Below are positions 1-10,508 of a stretch of DNA of 64,000 bases, in pieces (the stretch's first letter is position 1; each line of letters opens with the position of its first letter). Source of the DNA: Chitinophagaceae bacterium. Lineage in GTDB: Bacteria > Bacteroidota > Bacteroidia > Chitinophagales > JADJOU01. Location: contig JAFEIJ010000015.1 of the NCBI GenBank assembly GCA_017495115.1, positions 3,553 to 67,552 of the forward strand. Direction: 5' to 3'. The translations under genes and the position numbers were made by a program. The notes under the pieces were generated by a model. It ran no database searches. It saw only the letters and a program-made list of their open reading frames with translations, and was not told the DNA's origin.

Positions 1-2
1 TT

Positions 3-596
3 ATTGAACAAGATGGTATTGTTTTGGATCAACCACTATTAATAAAATATCCAACGTTTAAGGGCGATCTTCAATATCGTTTTAAAATTGACTCTAACTT
101 ATGGAAATCAACCGTAGCAATTGAAACTAATATTGATTATATTCAAAAAATATCCATAAAATATCCACAAAACATAGCGCAATCTTTTGATTTATTTAAA
201 GATGAAGAGTTGATCAAAGTAGCTTCTGTATTAGAACCTAATAAACCAAAATCAAACTTAAATAAAAGTAATGTTGTTGCTTTCCTACTTGCATTAGAAA
301 ATCTTCATTTTGAGCGATTTATTTATGATTCAAGTATTCAAGATTTTATTAAAACAGCGCCGAAATATGCTACCATTGAATTAGTAGAAATTGATGGTAA
401 AAAACAACAAGTTTGGTTGTATCGAATTCCAAGTGACCCGCTAAATCCATATCTTGATGTAAAAGGGCAACCTATTCCTTACAATGTTGATAAATTTTAT
501 GCCTATCTACCACTGAAAAAAGTATTTGCAACCGCTCAGTTTTACAATTTTGGTCCTGTTTTAAAAGATTATAACTTTTTTTATAATCCACAATAG
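3..596 (+). CDS. hypothetical protein, C-terminal part (5' end outside window)
   Basis: ORF track 24..596. The same frame stays open back to nt 3, so the TTG at 24 is probably internal. No family motif recognised. Confidence 0.45.
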   Translation: MEQDGIVLDQPLLIKYPTFKGDLQYRFKIDSNLWKSTVAIETNIDYIQKISIKYPQNIAQSFDLFKDEELIKVASVLEPNKPKSNLNKSNVVAFLLALENLHFERFIYDSSIQDFIKTAPKYATIELVEIDGKKQQVWLYRIPSDPLNPYLDVKGQPIPYNVDKFYAYLPLKKVFATAQFYNFGPVLKDYNFFYNPQ

Positions 597-631
597 TTTA
601 AAACACAAACAAACACTAAACTTTTTTTTCA

Positions 632-639
632 TAAATTTG
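632..639 (+). promoter_or_regulatory. Bacteroidota -7 box TAAATTTG (pruA)
   Basis: Matches the TAnnTTTG consensus. 22 nt before ATG 662. Confidence 0.55.
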
Positions 640-661
640 TAACTTAAATAATTAAAACAAT

Positions 662-2290
662 ATGTCAATAGGATTTTACAACGTGCCGAGAGCTAAAAAT
701 GAGCCCGTTAAACAATTTGCTAAAGGAAGTATCGAAAGACAAAAATTAGAGCAAGTGCTTAAAGAATTAAAAAGTCAAACACTTGATATTCCGATGATAA
801 TTAACGGGAAAGAAGTTCGATCTGAAGCTTCTATTACGCTTAAATCACCTCACGAATTAAAAACCATTTTAGGCCATGCGCACAAAGGAACTAAAGAACA
901 TGTAGAAATGGCAATTGATGCAGCTTTAAATGCAAAAGAAGCTTGGTCAAATTTATCTTGGGAACATCGAGCTTCCATTTTTTTGAAAGCAGCTGATTTA
1001 TTAAGAGACAAATACCGTTATCAAATTCTTGCGGCAACGATGTTGGCTCAAAGTAAAAATGCATATCAAGCTGAAATTGATGCCGCATGTGAATTTATTG
1101 ATTTTTTAAACTTTAACATTCAATTTGCAACTGAAATTTATTCGGAGCAACCAATTAGTCCCGAAGGTATGTGGAATCGAATGGAATATAGACCATTAGA
1201 AGGATTTGTTTTGGCCGTAACACCATTTAATTTTACAGCAATTGCCGGCAATTTACCAACAAGTGCCGCAATGATGGGAAATACTGTCGTTTGGAAATGT
1301 GCTAATTCACAAATTTACTCTGCCTATTTTTTAATGAAATTATTTGAAGAAGCGGGAGTACCGGCTGGAGTAATCAACTTAATTTATTCTAGCGGAAAAG
1401 ATGTAGGAGAAGTTTGCTTTAGCCATAGAGACTTTGCAGGTGTTCATTTTACAGGATCAACAGGCGTATTTAACTCGATGTGGAAATCCATTGGAGAAAA
1501 CATGAATAAATACCGTTCATATCCTCGAATTGTTGGAGAAACAGGAGGAAAAGACTTTGTCTTTGCACATCCAAATTGTGATATAAAAGCCCTTGCTACA
1601 GCCTTATCAAGAGGTGCTTTTGAATATCAAGGTCAAAAATGTAGTGCGGCATCAAGAGCATACATTCCATCTTCTGTTTGGAGCGACGTTAAGCAGTTTT
1701 TATTGGAAGATATAAAAAGCTTTAAAATGGGTATTGTTGACGATTTTGGCAATTTTATTAATGCTGTAATTGATAAAGGTGCTTTTGATAGCATTAAAAA
1801 TTATATTGATTTTGCTAAAAATGCTTCGGATGCTGAAATTTTAATAGGTGGAAATTGTGACGATAGCAATGGCTATTTTGTAGAGCCGACGGTTATTTTA
1901 GCCAAAACGCCAAAATTCAAAACCATGTGTGAAGAGATTTTTGGTCCAGTACTGACCATTTATGTTTATGAAGATGCAAAATGGGAAGAAACAGCTAAGA
2001 TATTAGACGAAACATCGGATTATGCATTAACAGGTGCTATTTTTAGTCAAGACCGTTATGTGATTGAAAAATTGACTAAAATTTTAAGAAATGCGGCGGG
2101 TAACTTTTATATCAACGACAAACCAACAGGAGCCGTTGTAGGTCAGCAGCCATTTGGAGGCGCTAGAGCAAGTGGTACCAATGATAAGGCAGGTTCAAAA
2201 CTGAATTTACTGCGTTGGGTAAGTATGCGAACGATTAAAGAAACTTTTAATCCGCCTTTAGATTATAAATATCCTTTCCTAGAAAGTTAA
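662..2290 (+). CDS. pruA: L-glutamate gamma-semialdehyde (1-pyrroline-5-carboxylate) dehydrogenase
   Basis: 542-aa aldehyde dehydrogenase fold. GETGGKDF and EYQGQKCSAASR (catalytic Cys) motifs are typical of stand-alone P5C dehydrogenases. A -7 box lies 22 nt upstream. Confidence 0.85.
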   Translation: MSIGFYNVPRAKNEPVKQFAKGSIERQKLEQVLKELKSQTLDIPMIINGKEVRSEASITLKSPHELKTILGHAHKGTKEHVEMAIDAALNAKEAWSNLSWEHRASIFLKAADLLRDKYRYQILAATMLAQSKNAYQAEIDAACEFIDFLNFNIQFATEIYSEQPISPEGMWNRMEYRPLEGFVLAVTPFNFTAIAGNLPTSAAMMGNTVVWKCANSQIYSAYFLMKLFEEAGVPAGVINLIYSSGKDVGEVCFSHRDFAGVHFTGSTGVFNSMWKSIGENMNKYRSYPRIVGETGGKDFVFAHPNCDIKALATALSRGAFEYQGQKCSAASRAYIPSSVWSDVKQFLLEDIKSFKMGIVDDFGNFINAVIDKGAFDSIKNYIDFAKNASDAEILIGGNCDDSNGYFVEPTVILAKTPKFKTMCEEIFGPVLTIYVYEDAKWEETAKILDETSDYALTGAIFSQDRYVIEKLTKILRNAAGNFYINDKPTGAVVGQQPFGGARASGTNDKAGSKLNLLRWVSMRTIKETFNPPLDYKYPFLES

Positions 2291-2293
2291 CAT

Positions 2294-2326
2294 AAAAAAA
2301 GCATCGATTAAATCGATGCTTTTTTT
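2294..2326. terminator. bidirectional rho-independent terminator between convergent pruA and pspC-domain gene
   Basis: A7 run, GCATCGAT (2301-2308) / ATCGATGC (2312-2319) stem, T7 run. Confidence 0.8.
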
Positions 2327-2333
2327 GTATATT

Positions 2334-3878
2334 TTAAAGCGGTTTTAATCCCTCATTGGTCATTATCAAGTCTATATCTGTTGAATATTGACTTTTTTTA
2401 TCTTTCATTTCAATAGCGTCATCATCTATATTTAAAAAGTAGTTTAAATCTAATAACGTATTATTTAAATTCACTTTATACCCAATTGGTATATTTAAAT
2501 TATAAATAACTTTTTGATTTCTAAATTTAGAAAATGGTTTGGAAATTTGAAAGAAATTTTCAAAAAACAATGTGTCATTTTTTATATTGTATTTAGCGTC
2601 TATTAAGTCCACATTTTTTTGAGCGAAAACTTCATTTTTGCCTTTCGAACTTTTTACTTGAACCATAGTAAGATTAGATTCATTAGATGGGTTTACATTA
2701 AATTCTACAAATGGAAGTGCTAATTGTCCTTTTTCCAAAACTTTATTATTCAAAATAATATGATTGTCAATCAATTCAAATGTGAGTGAGTCATTGGTTT
2801 TAATATAAAATGTTTTATCTTTAGAATTCGTCGTATAGATTATTTCTTCTTTTTGTCCTATATATTTAAATTCTTTAAATAAGTCGTATATTAAAAAAAT
2901 ACTGATTAAAAATAATATTATGGATAATCCATTTAGAACATATTTAAACTTATTATTAATAAGACTCGACTTAAATAATATTTTAACTATAAAATTGATA
3001 ATTAATGTCAAAACAATAAAAAAATCTAGAAAAATACAACCAACTAAAACTAAAGATTTTATATTATTTTCAAAAAAATAATTCAAAAAAGAAAATTGAT
3101 TTATTTGAATCGAATTAATAGTTAAATCATCAAACATAAAACCAAGAAACATAAAAACAATTAGTATCAAAATAAAAATCGTTATGATTCCAATAAATAC
3201 CTGAATTGACTTAGCTATAAACCTTAAAATGGAATGTAATTTTTGATGTGTATTTTCACTATTTAACTCATTTCTTACACTTTCAAAACTATTTTGAATG
3301 GATTTTATATCTAGGGACTCCCCTTTCAACTTTCTAAAATCATTTGAATTTTTAGCTTCTGGAATTATGATTAATCCAATAAGATATGCAATAAGAGTCA
3401 TTCCTCCTGATAGAAAGAATAATAAAATAAATAAAAGACGCATCCAAATTGGATCATAAATGCCCAAATACATACTTAAACCCGAACATATCCCACCTAT
3501 AATTTTATCGTTGGGATATCTATATAATTTTTTATAGTGTTTTTCATTTTCATTATTTTCAAAATCGTTTTCCCTATCACGATTACTTTGGTTTTTTTCA
3601 GGCATTTCATCGGAACCTGAAATGACATTTGGGTCTCCTAATAATTTGACTACCTTTTCAACTTCATGTTCTGTTATAGCAATTTTTGAATGATTTTTTA
3701 ATTCCAAACTAAAAATTTCTGCTATCCGATACTCAATATCCGAAATAATTTCATTTTGCTCATCGAGATTTTTAAACTGATATTTGATATCATTCAAATA
3801 TTTTTCTAATAATTTGTAGGCATTTTCACTTATTTGAAAGGAATTTCCGCCAATTTGAATTAAGATATTTTTTTCCAT
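2334..3878 (-). CDS. PspC domain-containing membrane protein
   Basis: KLYRYPNDKIIGGICSGLSMYLGIYDPIWMRLLFILLFF matches the PspC domain signature. Several TM segments follow. It lies directly downstream of a PadR regulator, which is the usual PadR-PspC pairing. Confidence 0.75.
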   Translation of the reverse strand: MEKNILIQIGGNSFQISENAYKLLEKYLNDIKYQFKNLDEQNEIISDIEYRIAEIFSLELKNHSKIAITEHEVEKVVKLLGDPNVISGSDEMPEKNQSNRDRENDFENNENEKHYKKLYRYPNDKIIGGICSGLSMYLGIYDPIWMRLLFILLFFLSGGMTLIAYLIGLIIIPEAKNSNDFRKLKGESLDIKSIQNSFESVRNELNSENTHQKLHSILRFIAKSIQVFIGIITIFILILIVFMFLGFMFDDLTINSIQINQFSFLNYFFENNIKSLVLVGCIFLDFFIVLTLIINFIVKILFKSSLINNKFKYVLNGLSIILFLISIFLIYDLFKEFKYIGQKEEIIYTTNSKDKTFYIKTNDSLTFELIDNHIILNNKVLEKGQLALPFVEFNVNPSNESNLTMVQVKSSKGKNEVFAQKNVDLIDAKYNIKNDTLFFENFFQISKPFSKFRNQKVIYNLNIPIGYKVNLNNTLLDLNYFLNIDDDAIEMKDKKSQYSTDIDLIMTNEGLKPL

Positions 3879-3888
3879 AATTAAAGAT

Positions 3889-4215
3889 TTAATAATTTAT
3901 AATTTGTTTTACTGATTTTTCTATGTCGCTCCAAATTTCATCCAATTGATTTAAGAATAATAGTCCTTCTGGAGTTATTTTATAGTATTTTCTTGGTGGT
4001 CCTTGATTCGACTCTTGCCAATAATAACTTAAATAAGATGCATTTTTAAGTCTTGTCAAAATAGGATATATTGTCCCTTCAACAATATCAAACTTCGTTT
4101 TAGAAAATATTTCGATAATTTCCGAAGCATACTTATCCTCATTTCTAATTAATGACAAAATACAATATTCAAAAATCCCTTTAGACATTTGTGTTTTAGT
4201 ATTTTCAATATTCAT
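3889..4215 (-). CDS. PadR family transcriptional regulator
   Basis: SKGIFEYCILSLI...YASEIIE...EGTIYPILTRL...YWQES...RKYYKITPEG is a PadR winged-helix pattern. I moved the start to ATG 4213-4215 because a CAAAGATA (-7 box) at 4235-4242 lies inside the longer ORF-track version. Confidence 0.8.
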   Translation of the reverse strand: MNIENTKTQMSKGIFEYCILSLIRNEDKYASEIIEIFSKTKFDIVEGTIYPILTRLKNASYLSYYWQESNQGPPRKYYKITPEGLLFLNQLDEIWSDIEKSVKQIINY

Positions 4216-4234
4216 AATGTTTAAATTTACAATG

Positions 4235-4242
4235 CAAAGATA
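4235..4242 (-). promoter_or_regulatory. -7 box TATCTTTG (PadR-PspC operon)
   Basis: CAAAGATA on the plus strand. 19 nt upstream of ATG 4215. Confidence 0.55.
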
Positions 4243-4339
4243 TATACATTTTATAGTACTATGTAATACAAAGTACCAAACATTAACAATCTTTAACATT
4301 TTTAGAGGTAAGTAAATGATTTGTTCTCTGAAAACGCGT

Positions 4340-4347
4340 TATATTTG
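4340..4347 (+). promoter_or_regulatory. -7 box TATATTTG (DUF808 gene)
   Basis: 11 nt before ATG 4359. Confidence 0.55.
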
Positions 4348-4358
4348 CGCTAAAAAAA

Positions 4359-5201
4359 ATGGCTTCAGGTATATTTCTTATTTTAGATGATATTGCATTA
4401 TTAATGGATGATGTAGCGAGTATGAGTAAATTGGCTACAAAAAAAACAGCTGGAATCCTTGGCGATGATCTTGCCGTAAATGCAGAAAAAGCAACAGGTT
4501 TTGTTTCATCAAGAGAATTACCCGTTTTATGGAAAATTACAAAAGGGTCATTTTTTAATAAGATCATTATTTTACCTGCCGTTTTTTTATTAAATTACTT
4601 TTTACCGCAAGCAATTACTATTATTTTAGTATTAGGAGGTATCTTTCTAGCATATGAAGGCGCCATAAAAATTATTGAAACACTATTCTTGAAAAGTAAT
4701 GCAATTAATGAAAATAAAAATTCTCAAGACGAGGCAACTAAAATTAAATCCGCTATCACTATTGACTTTATACTTTCATTAGAAATTGTTATTATCGCTT
4801 TGTCTACCGTACTTGAAAAATCGTTATTAATTCAAATTTTAAGTGTCAGTGTTGTTGCTCTTATTGCTACAGTTGGCGTTTATGGCTTAGTTGCGATCTT
4901 AGTTCGTATGGACGATTTTGGATTATATTTAATTCAAAAATCTACTGAAAATTCTTTTATTAACAAAATAGGTGTTTTACTCACAAAAGCTTTACCTTGG
5001 ATAATTAAAACTCTAAGTATATTAGGAACTATTGCATTACTTTTGGTTTCCGGAGGAATTTTTGTTCATAAAAGCTTGTGGCTTCAAGAAGTCTTGCCTT
5101 TTTTACCGAGTATTTTAAAAGAGTTTTTTACAGGTCTAATTGTCGGTTCCTTGGTATCATTAATTGTACTTTTTTCAAAAAATATCAGGAAAAAACTATA
5201 A
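4359..5201 (+). CDS. DUF808 (YedI-like) inner-membrane protein
   Basis: The N-terminus ILDDIALLMDDVASMSKLATKKTAGILGDDLAVNAEKATGF is characteristic of DUF808, followed by multiple TM helices. Confidence 0.75.
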   Translation: MASGIFLILDDIALLMDDVASMSKLATKKTAGILGDDLAVNAEKATGFVSSRELPVLWKITKGSFFNKIIILPAVFLLNYFLPQAITIILVLGGIFLAYEGAIKIIETLFLKSNAINENKNSQDEATKIKSAITIDFILSLEIVIIALSTVLEKSLLIQILSVSVVALIATVGVYGLVAILVRMDDFGLYLIQKSTENSFINKIGVLLTKALPWIIKTLSILGTIALLLVSGGIFVHKSLWLQEVLPFLPSILKEFFTGLIVGSLVSLIVLFSKNIRKKL

Positions 5202-6062
5202 CTCAATCCAACGATCCTCTTTATTAAATTTTTTAAACCATGTAATTTGTCGTTTGGCATAATTGCGAGAATGTTGTTTTATTTTTTCTACAACATCGTC
5301 TTTAGTAGCTTTACCTTCATAGAAAGGTTGCCACTCCTTGTAACCAACGGTATTAAGACTCTGCAGGTTAAAATATGGTTTTAAAGAAGCTACTTCAATT
5401 TCCAATCCTTCTTCAAGCATCAAGTCAACTCTTTGATTAATTCGTTGGTACAACTCTTCACGAGAGCGATTTAAAACATAAACTTCAAATTCAAAAGAAC
5501 GTTTTTTATGATATCCACTTCTAAATTTTTGAATAGATTGTCCCGTTTGAAAATAAACTTCTAGAATCCTTTGCACTCGATGAAGATTATTCGTATCAAT
5601 CTGCATTTTTAAATTAAAATCAATCGTATTTAAAAGATTTAAAATCTCTTGATTTGTATTATTTTCAATAAAATCAACGGCTTTTTCTCTATTTTCTAGG
5701 GAAATTTGCGGGATTTCATCTAAACCAAATCGAATCGCATTCAAAAAAAGTCCTGTTCCACCACATAAAATGACGACATCTTTAGTTTCAAAAATATGAT
5801 GAATACACGCTAAACTTTCTTTTTCAAAATCAGCAACATTTAATGGATTTATAATAGAATGTGAAGCAATAAAATGATGCTTAACTGTATTTAACTCCAA
5901 ATCAGTTGGACGAGCCACACCAATCTTTAATTCTTTATAAATTTGACGTGAATCAAATGAAATAATTTCTGTATTATGCTGCAAAGCCAAGTCAATTGCA
6001 AATGCTGTTTTTCCAACGCCAGTTGGCCCCGCTATCGCAATTACTTTTTTGGTTGAAGACAT
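5196..6062 (-). CDS. miaA: tRNA dimethylallyltransferase
   Basis: P-loop AGPTGVGKTAFAIDLA, then FDSRQIYKEL.IG.A.P, GGTGLF and RNYAKRQITWFKK motifs of MiaA. Confidence 0.9.
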   Translation of the reverse strand: MSSTKKVIAIAGPTGVGKTAFAIDLALQHNTEIISFDSRQIYKELKIGVARPTDLELNTVKHHFIASHSIINPLNVADFEKESLACIHHIFETKDVVILCGGTGLFLNAIRFGLDEIPQISLENREKAVDFIENNTNQEILNLLNTIDFNLKMQIDTNNLHRVQRILEVYFQTGQSIQKFRSGYHKKRSFEFEVYVLNRSREELYQRINQRVDLMLEEGLEIEVASLKPYFNLQSLNTVGYKEWQPFYEGKATKDDVVEKIKQHSRNYAKRQITWFKKFNKEDRWIEL

Positions 6063-6064
6063 TT

Positions 6065-7867
6065 TTAACTATTCAAAAAGCCACCTTTTTGTTTAATTTC
6101 TTGAATATCTCCTTTAGGGATTGCCGCTATAAGTCTTTGAGTATATTCTGTTTGAGGATTATTGTAGATATCATCCGCATAGCCTAATTCTTCTAATTTA
6201 CCTTTATTCATAACTGCTATACGGTCGCTTATAAATTTAACTACCGATAAATCGTGGGAAATAAAGATATAACTAAATTTAAACTCTTCACGAAGGCTAA
6301 TTAATAAATTAAGTACTTGAGCCTGAACAGAAACATCTAATGCCGAAACGGATTCATCGCATATTATAAACTTAGGATTTAAAGCTAAAGCACGCGCAAT
6401 ACAAATACGCTGTCTTTGACCACCTGAAAATTCATGTGGATATCTAAAAAATTGTTCTGGTAGTAAGTTTACTTTAGACAATAATTCTAAGGCTTTGTCC
6501 TTTCTTTCTTTATCATTAGCTAAGATTCCGTGAACCATCATTGGCTCCATAATGGCGTCTCCAACCGTCATTCTTGGGTTTAATGAAGAGTAAGGATCTT
6601 GGAAAATAATTTGCATTTCTCTTCGCATATCTTTCATATCAGATTTTGAAAGCGAAAGAATATCTCTACCTTTATAGATTATTTCTCCATCTGTAGCGGG
6701 ATTTAATCTCAAAATCGTTTTACCCATAGTTGTTTTACCACAACCACTCTCCCCAACTAAACCAAGCGTTTCGCCTTCTTTCATTGTGATTGAAACGTCA
6801 TCCACAGCTTTAACATATTCAATTGGATTTCCAAAAAAGTTTAATTTACTTGGGAACCAAACTTTTAAATTTTTAATTTCAAGCAAATTTGGGGCTTTTT
6901 CAAGCTGCGCTCTTCGTTCAATCGTTTCCTGTTCGGTTACAATAACTTGTTCAATTTTTTCTTTAATGGATGCGCCGCCTTCTAATTCAATCATTTGACC
7001 ATTTTCGTCAATTTTCATAAAATCTAAAACCGTCGGAAGAATTTTTAATCTTTTATCCAAAGGAGGACGACAAGCCAATAATCCTTTTGTATAAGGATGT
7101 TTTGGATTTTCAAAAATATCTACAACCGATCCTTCTTCTACAATAACACCTTTGTGCATTACAATCACTCGATCTGCAATTTCAGCAATAACTCCCAAAT
7201 CATGCGTAATAAAGATGATTGAAGTTTCAATCTCTTTCTTCAAATCCGACATTAACTGCAAAATTGTTTTTTGAACCGTTACATCTAAAGCGGTAGTAGG
7301 TTCATCTGCAATTAAAATACCAGGCTTACAACTTAATGCCATAGCAATCATTACTCGTTGCTTTTGTCCACCCGAAAGCTGGTGTGGATAAGCGTTTAAT
7401 ATACGACTCGGATTAGGTAATTTTACTTTTTCAAATAGTTCTAAAGTCATTTTTTCAGCTTCGGCTTTAGACTTTTTTTGATGAAGAATAATGGCTTCAG
7501 CAACCTGACTTCCACACGTATATACTGGATTTAAAGAAGTCATTGGCTCTTGGAAAATCATCGAAATTTCATTTCCTCTAATAATACGCATTTCTTCTTC
7601 TTGAAGTTTTGTAATATCAATAACTTTACCTTCATCAGTATGATATAATATTTCGCCACTAATAATTTTGCCTGGAGGATAAGGAATTAAACGCATTATT
7701 GCAAGTGAAGTAACAGACTTGCCACTCCCCGATTCTCCTACAATACCAATAGTTTCACCACGATATAACGTAAAGCTAATACTTTTAATAGCTTCAACCA
7801 TTCCTTCGTCAGAACGAAATCCAACGACAAGATTTTTAACTTCTAATAATATTTTTTTTTCAGACAT
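6065..7867 (-). CDS. ABC transporter ATP-binding protein with duplicated ATPase domains (peptide/nickel type, YejF/GsiA-like)
   Basis: Two Walker A motifs ([16 protein letters not shown]), two LSGGQ-type signatures ([16 protein letters not shown]) and oligopeptide-type C-terminal tails ([18 protein letters not shown]). No permease gene is adjacent. Confidence 0.85.
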   Translation of the reverse strand: MSEKKILLEVKNLVVGFRSDEGMVEAIKSISFTLYRGETIGIVGESGSGKSVTSLAIMRLIPYPPGKIISGEILYHTDEGKVIDITKLQEEEMRIIRGNEISMIFQEPMTSLNPVYTCGSQVAEAIILHQKKSKAEAEKMTLELFEKVKLPNPSRILNAYPHQLSGGQKQRVMIAMALSCKPGILIADEPTTALDVTVQKTILQLMSDLKKEIETSIIFITHDLGVIAEIADRVIVMHKGVIVEEGSVVDIFENPKHPYTKGLLACRPPLDKRLKILPTVLDFMKIDENGQMIELEGGASIKEKIEQVIVTEQETIERRAQLEKAPNLLEIKNLKVWFPSKLNFFGNPIEYVKAVDDVSITMKEGETLGLVGESGCGKTTMGKTILRLNPATDGEIIYKGRDILSLSKSDMKDMRREMQIIFQDPYSSLNPRMTVGDAIMEPMMVHGILANDKERKDKALELLSKVNLLPEQFFRYPHEFSGGQRQRICIARALALNPKFIICDESVSALDVSVQAQVLNLLISLREEFKFSYIFISHDLSVVKFISDRIAVMNKGKLEELGYADDIYNNPQTEYTQRLIAAIPKGDIQEIKQKGGFLNS

Positions 7868-7973
7868 TGTATAAAACAGATTAATACAAATTAAATTTAA
7901 ATATGATGTGTAAAATTAGTAGATTATTTTTAATTTTAAGTAAAAATATTAACCAATTGTGTTTTTTAACAAC

Positions 7974-9071
7974 CTAATTTTCCTGCATTTTCTTCCATAA
8001 CAGAAATCCAATTAGTATAAAAATTAAATTGGGAATCCAAACAGAAATAATTGGATTTAAATGCGCTTTGATAGCAAAAGATATAGCAAATTTTTGAAAT
8101 ACTTCAAAAATAGAACATAACGCAATCCCTGCCATAAGATGCAATCCCATGCCACCACGAATTTTCTTTGAAGCAATTATTGCTCCTAGAACTGTTAAAA
8201 TAATGATTCCAAAACAATTAGCCGTTCTTCGATGATGTTCACATTCAAATTCAGCGGTATTTTCGACACCTTGACTTTTTAAGTCCGCAATTTTATCAAG
8301 TATTTCAGGTCGCGTCAACTCTTCAATATAGGTCCATCGCTTTACAAAAATCGTTGGATCCAATTCAAAATCCATTTTTAGTTTTTCCCCTTTTTCAATT
8401 TTATCCAATGAATCATTTAAAATTTCACGTTTATAATAATTTTGAAATTCCCAAGTACCGGTTGCCGTATCCCAGAGCGCGCGCTCAGCAAGATATTTGT
8501 GTTTTAATTTACCATCAATAATTTTTTCTAAAGAAACATTGATTGCAGTTTTAGATACATTGTCGTAAATTCGAAAATATAAAAACGTGGAGTCATTAAT
8601 TTTTCTATGTATATGATCGCTCGAATGCGTGGGCTGATAAGCGATATACTTATTTTCAAATTGAAGCCTTTTTTTATTCGTTTCTGGAACGATATAATTA
8701 TTTGAAAACCATAAAAAAATAGCAATTAATAAACTTGAAAAAATGTATGGGAATAAAAACCTTTTAAAACTCACTCCTGAATTAAAAATAGCAATAATTT
8801 CGGAACGGCTTGCCATTTGTGATGTAAAAAAAATAACGGTAATACAAACAAAATAAGGACCTAATAAAGCAATTATATACGGGATAAAATTGATGTAAAA
8901 TTCAGAAATTACATACTTTACAGATAATTTATGAATTACAAATTTATCGATATGCTCTCCTAAATCAATTGTTATTGCAATCGAAATAATTAAAATAAGT
9001 GTAAACGAAAATCCAAAAAGGAATTGTCTTATGATATATCGATCAATTAATCCAAAAAAAGAATATATCAT
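7974..9071 (-). CDS. LptF/LptG family permease (YjgP/YjgQ)
   Basis: 365 aa. N-terminal IIDRYIIRQF motif, 3 + 3 TM helices around a periplasmic insert, which is the LptF/G architecture. Confidence 0.75.
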   Translation of the reverse strand: MIYSFFGLIDRYIIRQFLFGFSFTLILIISIAITIDLGEHIDKFVIHKLSVKYVISEFYINFIPYIIALLGPYFVCITVIFFTSQMASRSEIIAIFNSGVSFKRFLFPYIFSSLLIAIFLWFSNNYIVPETNKKRLQFENKYIAYQPTHSSDHIHRKINDSTFLYFRIYDNVSKTAINVSLEKIIDGKLKHKYLAERALWDTATGTWEFQNYYKREILNDSLDKIEKGEKLKMDFELDPTIFVKRWTYIEELTRPEILDKIADLKSQGVENTAEFECEHHRRTANCFGIIILTVLGAIIASKKIRGGMGLHLMAGIALCSIFEVFQKFAISFAIKAHLNPIISVWIPNLIFILIGFLLWKKMQEN

Positions 9072-9079
9072 AAAAAATA

Positions 9080-9958
9080 TTATATTTGAATCATAGCTTT
9101 TTTAATACGCTCTCTTAGTGTAGCCGATCCTTTTACTAAAGGTAATCGAACCGAATCCAAGCAAATATTTTGTAGATTTAATGCCGTTTTTATTCCAACA
9201 GGATTACCTTCTTCAAAAATCAAATCAATGATTTCCAATAATTTAAGTTGTGTTAATCGAGCGGCATCATATTCATTATTTAAACATTGGTGAATCATTT
9301 TAGAAAATTCTTCGGGAAATAAATTTCCAATAACCGAAATACATCCCTCTACACCAATTGCCATTTGAGACACCACCAAATTATCATCGCCACTTAAAAC
9401 AATGAATTCTTTTGGTTTATTTTTTACCAACTTCATACATTGGTCAATATTCCCACTTGCCTCTTTTATAGCAACGATATTGTCTATTTCACGAGCCAAT
9501 TTAAGAGTTGTTTCTGGCAACATATTCGACCCCGTTCTTCCTGGTACGTTATATAAAATAATTGGAAGTGGTGATTCTTTAGCAATTGTTTTATAATGTT
9601 GATAGATTCCTTCTTGATTGGGTTTGTTATAATAAGGACTTGCACTTAATATATAACTATAACCATTGGTATCAAATGATTTTAAATCTTCGATGATTTC
9701 AAGTGTATTATTGCCTCCAAAACCTGCAACTAAAGGTACTGAGCCTTCATTATACTCTACAACAGCCTTTAAAATCTCTTTTTTTTCTTCTTTTGTTAAT
9801 GTTGGTGTTTCTCCAGTCGTTCCTAAAACAACCAAATAATTTGCTCCACCTTTTATACATTTTTTCACAAGTTTTTGCAAACTTGAAAAATCTACCGATC
9901 CATCTTTTTCAAAAGGAGTGATTAACGCAACGCCTAAACCTTTTAACTCTGATACCAT
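9080..9958 (-). CDS. dapA: 4-hydroxy-tetrahydrodipicolinate synthase
   Basis: GVALITPF..DGSVDF...LGTTGE...YNVPGRTG...AIKEASGN motifs of DapA. Confidence 0.9.
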   Translation of the reverse strand: MVSELKGLGVALITPFEKDGSVDFSSLQKLVKKCIKGGANYLVVLGTTGETPTLTKEEKKEILKAVVEYNEGSVPLVAGFGGNNTLEIIEDLKSFDTNGYSYILSASPYYNKPNQEGIYQHYKTIAKESPLPIILYNVPGRTGSNMLPETTLKLAREIDNIVAIKEASGNIDQCMKLVKNKPKEFIVLSGDDNLVVSQMAIGVEGCISVIGNLFPEEFSKMIHQCLNNEYDAARLTQLKLLEIIDLIFEEGNPVGIKTALNLQNICLDSVRLPLVKGSATLRERIKKAMIQI

Positions 9959-9971
9959 GTTTAATTTTGTT

Positions 9972-10499
9972 TTAATTTTTAGAATTTATTGTTTTTAAAA
10001 AATTGAAAATTATCTCTAAAGATTTCATCTGATTATTTGGATGATCTACTTGAACGACAATATCTAATAATGTAATGTTTTTTATCGAATCAATTCCTAT
10101 TCTTAACTTTGATTTAGTTAATGATAAAACCGATAAAAGAGGGGAATTAGATTCTGGAAAAACCGCAATTAAAACATCAAAAGATTTATCTGCAAATGCA
10201 AAAGCGGAATTCTTAATAGGATATCCATACCAATTTAAATCATTTTTTGACATTAAATAAGACTCTGCTACTATTTGATCTTGTTTGGTATATCCATAAA
10301 TATCTATTTGTTTGTCTAAATCTTTAAACTTCTTTTTGAATTCTATAATATCTTGAGTTATGTTTTGACTTGTAGCGTCAAATAAAATCCCAATAGAACG
10401 CAAATTATTAAAATTCTGAATAAAATTTGGTGAAATTATATTCAAAGAATTTTGTTTTAATCTATAGTTAAAGAAAAAAGTTTTAATTTGATCGATCAT
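9972..10499 (-). CDS. hypothetical protein
   Basis: 175-aa ORF tightly packed between accA and dapA on the same strand. No motif recognised. Confidence 0.4.
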   Translation of the reverse strand: MIDQIKTFFFNYRLKQNSLNIISPNFIQNFNNLRSIGILFDATSQNITQDIIEFKKKFKDLDKQIDIYGYTKQDQIVAESYLMSKNDLNWYGYPIKNSAFAFADKSFDVLIAVFPESNSPLLSVLSLTKSKLRIGIDSIKNITLLDIVVQVDHPNNQMKSLEIIFNFLKTINSKN

Positions 10500-10508
10500 T
10501 CTTTCATT

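Noticed and set aside
891-1088. Many 60-110-aa ORFs in the track are antisense to or nested in larger genes. Examples: 891..1088, 4283..4567, 6786..6998, 8528..8725, 11879..12142, 22206..22535, 25022..25454, 35244..35453, 37321..37822, 39160..39477, 56299..56565, 62048..62341.
   Set aside because: Each is fully contained in a longer ORF that has clear family motifs. None has a -7 box or a recognisable domain. I treat them as non-coding.
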